64,000 nucleotides of DNA from Escherichia coli. GTDB taxonomy: Bacteria > Pseudomonadota > Gammaproteobacteria > Enterobacterales > Enterobacteriaceae. The position numbers and the translations under genes were made by a program. The number at the start of each line of letters is the position of its first letter. The first letter of the stretch is position 1. Of this stretch, positions 59,753 through 64,000 are shown piece after piece. The notes beneath the pieces were generated by a model, which was not told the DNA's origin, ran no database searches, and worked only from the letters and a program-made list of their open reading frames with translations. Location: assembly GCF_013122565.1 (NCBI RefSeq), contig NZ_CP053258.1. One strand, given 5' to 3'.

Positions 59753-60534
59753 TGCTGGAAATACTCTATCAGGATGAATGGCTGGTTGCGGTAAATAAAC
59801 CCTCCGGCTGGCTGGTTCACCGCAGCTGGCTGGATCGCGACGAGAAAGTAGTGGTCATGCAAACCGTGCGTGACCAGATAGGCCAGCATGTTTTTACTGC
59901 TCATCGTCTGGACCGACCCACTTCTGGTGTGTTGTTGATGGGATTATCCAGCGAGGCCGGACGGCTGCTGGCACAACAGTTTGAACAGCACCAAATCCAG
60001 AAACGTTACCATGCGATTGTGCGCGGCTGGTTGATGGAAGAAGCGGTGCTGGATTATCCACTGGTGGAAGAACTGGACAAAATCGCTGATAAATTTGCCC
60101 GCGAAGATAAAGGCCCGCAGCCAGCAGTGACGCATTATCGCGGTCTGGCGACCGTAGAAATGCCGGTAGCGACCGGACGTTACCCGACCACGCGCTACGG
60201 CCTGGTGGAACTGGAGCCGAAAACCGGACGCAAACATCAGCTTCGCCGACATCTTGCCCATTTGCGTCATCCGATTATTGGCGATAGCAAACATGGCGAT
60301 TTACGCCAGAATCGCAGCGGTGCTGAGCATTTTGGTCTTCAGCGGTTAATGCTGCATGCCAGTCAGTTGTCATTGACGCATCCTTTTACTGGCGAGCCGC
60401 TGACTATTCACGCGGGCCTGGACGACACCTGGATGCAGGCGTTATCACAATTTGGCTGGCGCGGTCTGCTTCCTGAAAATGAAAGGGTTGAGTTCAGTGC
60501 GCCATCGGGTCAGGATGGAGAGATAAGTTCCTAA
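59752..60534 (+). CDS. truC: tRNA pseudouridine(65) synthase
   Basis: 260 aa; RluA-family motif [14 protein letters not shown]. Confidence 0.9.
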
Positions 60535-60551
60535 TCCAGGGAGAAAACGGT

Positions 60552-61001
60552 ATGGCGGAAATTGGTATTTTTGTCGGCACCATGTACGGAAATTCGCTGT
60601 TAGTGGCGGAAGAAGCAGAAGCAATTCTGACCGCACAGGGCCACAAAGCAACGGTATTTGAAGATCCTGAATTAAGCGACTGGCTGCCCTATCAGGATAA
60701 GTATGTTCTGGTGGTTACGTCCACGACCGGGCAGGGCGACCTTCCTGATAGCATTGTGCCGCTCTTTCAGGGAATCAAAGATAGTCTGGGCTTCCAGCCG
60801 AATCTGCGTTATGGCGTGATTGCGCTCGGCGACAGCAGTTATGTAAATTTCTGCAATGGCGGCAAACAGTTCGATGCCTTGTTGCAGGAACAGAGCGCTC
60901 AGCGGGTTGGCGAAATGCTGTTGATTGACGCCAGTGAGAACCCGGAACCGGAAACGGAATCAAATCCGTGGGTCGAACAGTGGGGCACGCTGTTGTCCTG
61001 A
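60552..61001 (+). CDS. yqcA: Flavodoxin-like protein
   Basis: 149 aa; flavodoxin-like N-terminus [15 protein letters not shown]. Confidence 0.88.
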
Positions 61002-61435
61002 TATGTTCAGCGAGCGGTAAATGCCGTTTTAGCGGTGCTGAATCGAATCTTTTCAGGCAAATGCCAGTAAAAACTGCTTCATAGCGCGGATTTTTACTGG
61101 CGTTTGCCTGGAGTCAAGCGATCCATTTCATACTCTTCTTTATTTCTTCGTTTTAACCCTTCCTTTCTTGTTCTTGTTTTCATTTCCGTGAAGTGGATTC
61201 CACCGTCCAGGGCTAATGCCAAAATCGGGCCTCATTGAACGCATTAATGTTGTGTTGTTGCACGGTGAGCCGCTATGGCGCGCTTTTTATACTGCTATTG
61301 CCAGATATAAACACGCGCCGTATTCGGCGAACGACCTATAAAAACGGCAAAAAACACCCTACGTCACCTCTGATTTCCTGGCGATGTCGCAGTCCAGAGT
61401 GAGCGTGGCTAACGCGAATTTTCAGGAGTGCAACA

Positions 61436-62788
61436 ATGAGTTCTTTAAGTCAGGCTGCGAGCAGTGTGGAAAAACGCACGAATGCTCGTTACTGGATAGT
61501 GGTGATGTTGTTTATCGTCACATCCTTCAACTACGGCGACCGCGCTACGCTTTCTATTGCCGGTTCGGAAATGGCCAAAGATATCGGCCTTGATCCCGTG
61601 GGAATGGGCTATGTGTTCTCTGCCTTCTCATGGGCTTATGTTATAGGGCAGATCCCTGGTGGTTGGTTGCTGGATCGTTTTGGTTCAAAACGCGTCTACT
61701 TCTGGTCGATCTTTATCTGGTCGATGTTTACCTTGCTGCAAGGCTTCGTCGATATCTTTAGTGGATTCGGCATTATCGTTGCCCTGTTTACTCTGCGCTT
61801 CCTGGTCGGGCTTGCTGAAGCGCCATCTTTCCCCGGCAACAGTCGCATTGTTGCGGCCTGGTTTCCGGCGCAGGAAAGGGGAACGGCGGTGTCGATTTTT
61901 AACTCCGCTCAATACTTCGCAACGGTGATCTTCGCGCCGATTATGGGCTGGCTGACGCATGAAGTGGGCTGGTCACACGTCTTCTTCTTTATGGGCGGTC
62001 TGGGCATTGTCATCAGCTTTATCTGGTTGAAAGTCATCCACGAGCCAAATCAACATCCGGGGGTAAATCAGAAAGAGCTGGAGTATATCGCCGCGGGTGG
62101 CGCGCTGATCAATATGGATCAGCAAAACACCAAAGTTAAAGTGCCATTCAGCGTGAAGTGGGGACAGATCAAACAACTGCTCGGGTCACGGATGATGATC
62201 GGCGTTTATATTGGTCAGTACTGTATCAACGCCCTGACTTACTTTTTCATTACCTGGTTCCCGGTTTATCTGGTGCAGGCGCGTGGGATGTCGATTCTGA
62301 AAGCGGGCTTTGTGGCTTCCGTTCCGGCGGTTTGCGGTTTTATCGGCGGTGTGCTGGGTGGGATTATTTCCGACTGGCTGATGCGCCGCACGGGATCGCT
62401 GAACATTGCGCGTAAAACACCGATCGTAATGGGCATGTTGCTGTCGATGGTGATGGTGTTCTGCAACTACGTCAACGTTGAGTGGATGATCATCGGCTTT
62501 ATGGCGCTGGCCTTCTTCGGTAAGGGCATCGGGGCGCTGGGTTGGGCAGTAATGGCAGATACCGCGCCAAAAGAGATCAGCGGTCTTTCAGGTGGCCTGT
62601 TCAACATGTTCGGTAACATTTCTGGCATCGTCACGCCAATCGCAATTGGTTATATCGTTGGCACGACTGGCTCGTTTAATGGGGCGCTGATTTATGTTGG
62701 TGTTCATGCCTTAATCGCGGTACTGAGCTACCTGGTACTGGTGGGCGATATCAAGCGTATCGAGCTGAAACCTGTCGCGGGGCAATAA
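61436..62788 (+). CDS. gudP: Glucarate/galactarate transporter (MFS)
   Basis: 450 aa; N-terminus [26 protein letters not shown] as I recall for GudP. Confidence 0.9.
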   Translation: MSSLSQAASSVEKRTNARYWIVVMLFIVTSFNYGDRATLSIAGSEMAKDIGLDPVGMGYVFSAFSWAYVIGQIPGGWLLDRFGSKRVYFWSIFIWSMFTLLQGFVDIFSGFGIIVALFTLRFLVGLAEAPSFPGNSRIVAAWFPAQERGTAVSIFNSAQYFATVIFAPIMGWLTHEVGWSHVFFFMGGLGIVISFIWLKVIHEPNQHPGVNQKELEYIAAGGALINMDQQNTKVKVPFSVKWGQIKQLLGSRMMIGVYIGQYCINALTYFFITWFPVYLVQARGMSILKAGFVASVPAVCGFIGGVLGGIISDWLMRRTGSLNIARKTPIVMGMLLSMVMVFCNYVNVEWMIIGFMALAFFGKGIGALGWAVMADTAPKEISGLSGGLFNMFGNISGIVTPIAIGYIVGTTGSFNGALIYVGVHALIAVLSYLVLVGDIKRIELKPVAGQ

Positions 62789-62789
62789 G

Positions 62790-64000
62790 ATGACGACACA
62801 ATCCAGTCCTGTTATTACTGATATGAAAGTCATTCCGGTCGCCGGACATGACAGCATGTTGCTCAATATTGGTGGTGCGCATAACGCATACTTCACCCGC
62901 AATATCGTGGTACTCACCGATAATGCCGGGCATACCAGCATTGGTGAAGCGCCGGGCGGAGAGGTGATTTATCAAACACTGGTCGAAGCTATTCCGATGG
63001 TGCTGGGCCAGGAAGTTGCGCGCCTGAATAAAGTGGTTCAGCAGGTGCATAAAGGTAATCAGGCCGCCGATTTTGATACCTTCGGTAAAGGTGCCTGGAC
63101 CTTTGAATTGCGCGTTAATACCGTGGCGGCGCTGGAAGCCGCCTTGCTTGACCTGCTAGGTAAGGCGCTGAATGTTCCGGTCTGCGAACTGTTAGGGCCA
63201 GGCAAGCAACGCGATGCTATTACCGTCCTCGGTTATCTGTTTTATATCGGTGATCGGACCAAAACCGATCTTCCTTATCTGGAAAATACGCCGGGCAACC
63301 ATGAGTGGTATCAGTTGCGCCATCAGAAAGCGATGAACAGCGAAGCCGTTGTGCGTCTGGCGGAAGCCTCACAGGATCGCTACGGCTTTAAAGATTTCAA
63401 ACTTAAGGGCGGCGTGTTACCTGGCGAGCAAGAAATCGACACTGTTCGTGCATTGAAGAAACGCTTCCCGGATGCGCGGATTACCGTTGATCCCAACGGT
63501 GCATGGCTGCTTGATGAAGCCATTTCTCTGTGCAAAGGGCTGAATGATGTTCTTACCTATGCCGAAGATCCATGCGGCGCAGAACAGGGCTTCTCCGGAC
63601 GTGAAGTGATGGCGGAGTTTCGGCGGGCGACCGGCTTGCCCGTCGCGACTAATATGATCGCCACCAACTGGCGCGAAATGGGTCATGCGGTGATGCTCAA
63701 TGCGGTAGATATTCCACTTGCCGATCCGCACTTCTGGACGCTTTCCGGTGCAGTCCGAGTGGCGCAGCTTTGCGACGACTGGGGGCTGACCTGGGGCTGC
63801 CATTCCAACAACCATTTCGATATCTCTCTGGCGATGTTTACCCATGTGGGCGCGGCGGCACCGGGTAATCCTACCGCTATCGATACCCACTGGATTTGGC
63901 AGGAGGGCGATTGTCGCCTGACCCAAAATCCGCTGGAGATTAAAAACGGAAAAATTGCCGTTCCTGATGCGCCCGGTCTGGGCGTGGAACTGGACTGGGA
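62790..64000 (+). CDS. gudX: Glucarate dehydratase-related protein, enolase superfamily (3' end outside the window)
   Basis: ATG at 62790 one nt after the gudP stop; open frame to the window edge (not in the ORF track because no stop is reached); begins [31 protein letters not shown]. Confidence 0.85.
   Translation, partial: MTTQSSPVITDMKVIPVAGHDSMLLNIGGAHNAYFTRNIVVLTDNAGHTSIGEAPGGEVIYQTLVEAIPMVLGQEVARLNKVVQQVHKGNQAADFDTFGKGAWTFELRVNTVAALEAALLDLLGKALNVPVCELLGPGKQRDAITVLGYLFYIGDRTKTDLPYLENTPGNHEWYQLRHQKAMNSEAVVRLAEASQDRYGFKDFKLKGGVLPGEQEIDTVRALKKRFPDARITVDPNGAWLLDEAISLCKGLNDVLTYAEDPCGAEQGFSGREVMAEFRRATGLPVATNMIATNWREMGHAVMLNAVDIPLADPHFWTLSGAVRVAQLCDDWGLTWGCHSNNHFDISLAMFTHVGAAAPGNPTAIDTHWIWQEGDCRLTQNPLEIKNGKIAVPDAPGLGVELDW

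Overview
This window is an Escherichia coli-type chromosomal segment that I recognise, from memory of the K-12 map, as the lysA-galR-aas ... recCBD ... argA-amiC ... fuc ... csrB ... gudPX region (about 63-64 min), here in reverse orientation to the reference. Almost everything is conserved core genome: about 55 intact protein genes, four known small RNAs (OmrB, OmrA, GcvB, CsrB), the DARS2 DnaA-box cluster between mutH and rppH, one initiator tRNA-fMet gene and several REP/BIME palindromes. The exception is a roughly 5.5 kb AT-rich insertion (about 30508..36062) between amiC and the tRNA-fMet gene, which I do not recall being present in K-12. It is a compact five-gene plus-strand operon: a BglG/LicT-type antiterminator preceded by a RAT-like sequence overlapping an intrinsic terminator, a MalX-like PTS EIICB permease, a MalY-like PLP C-S lyase, a SIS-only sugar-phosphate isomerase lacking CBS domains, and a D-2-hydroxyacid dehydrogenase. 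There is no integrase, transposase or flanking direct repeat, and only one tRNA-fMet copy where I recall K-12 having three (metZWV). I believe this module corresponds to the c3405-c3409-type cluster of uropathogenic E. coli, whose substrate is unknown; it is the main candidate for follow-up. No CRISPR array, prophage or IS element was seen. All calls are by eye from the sequence and the ORF track; no searches were run.
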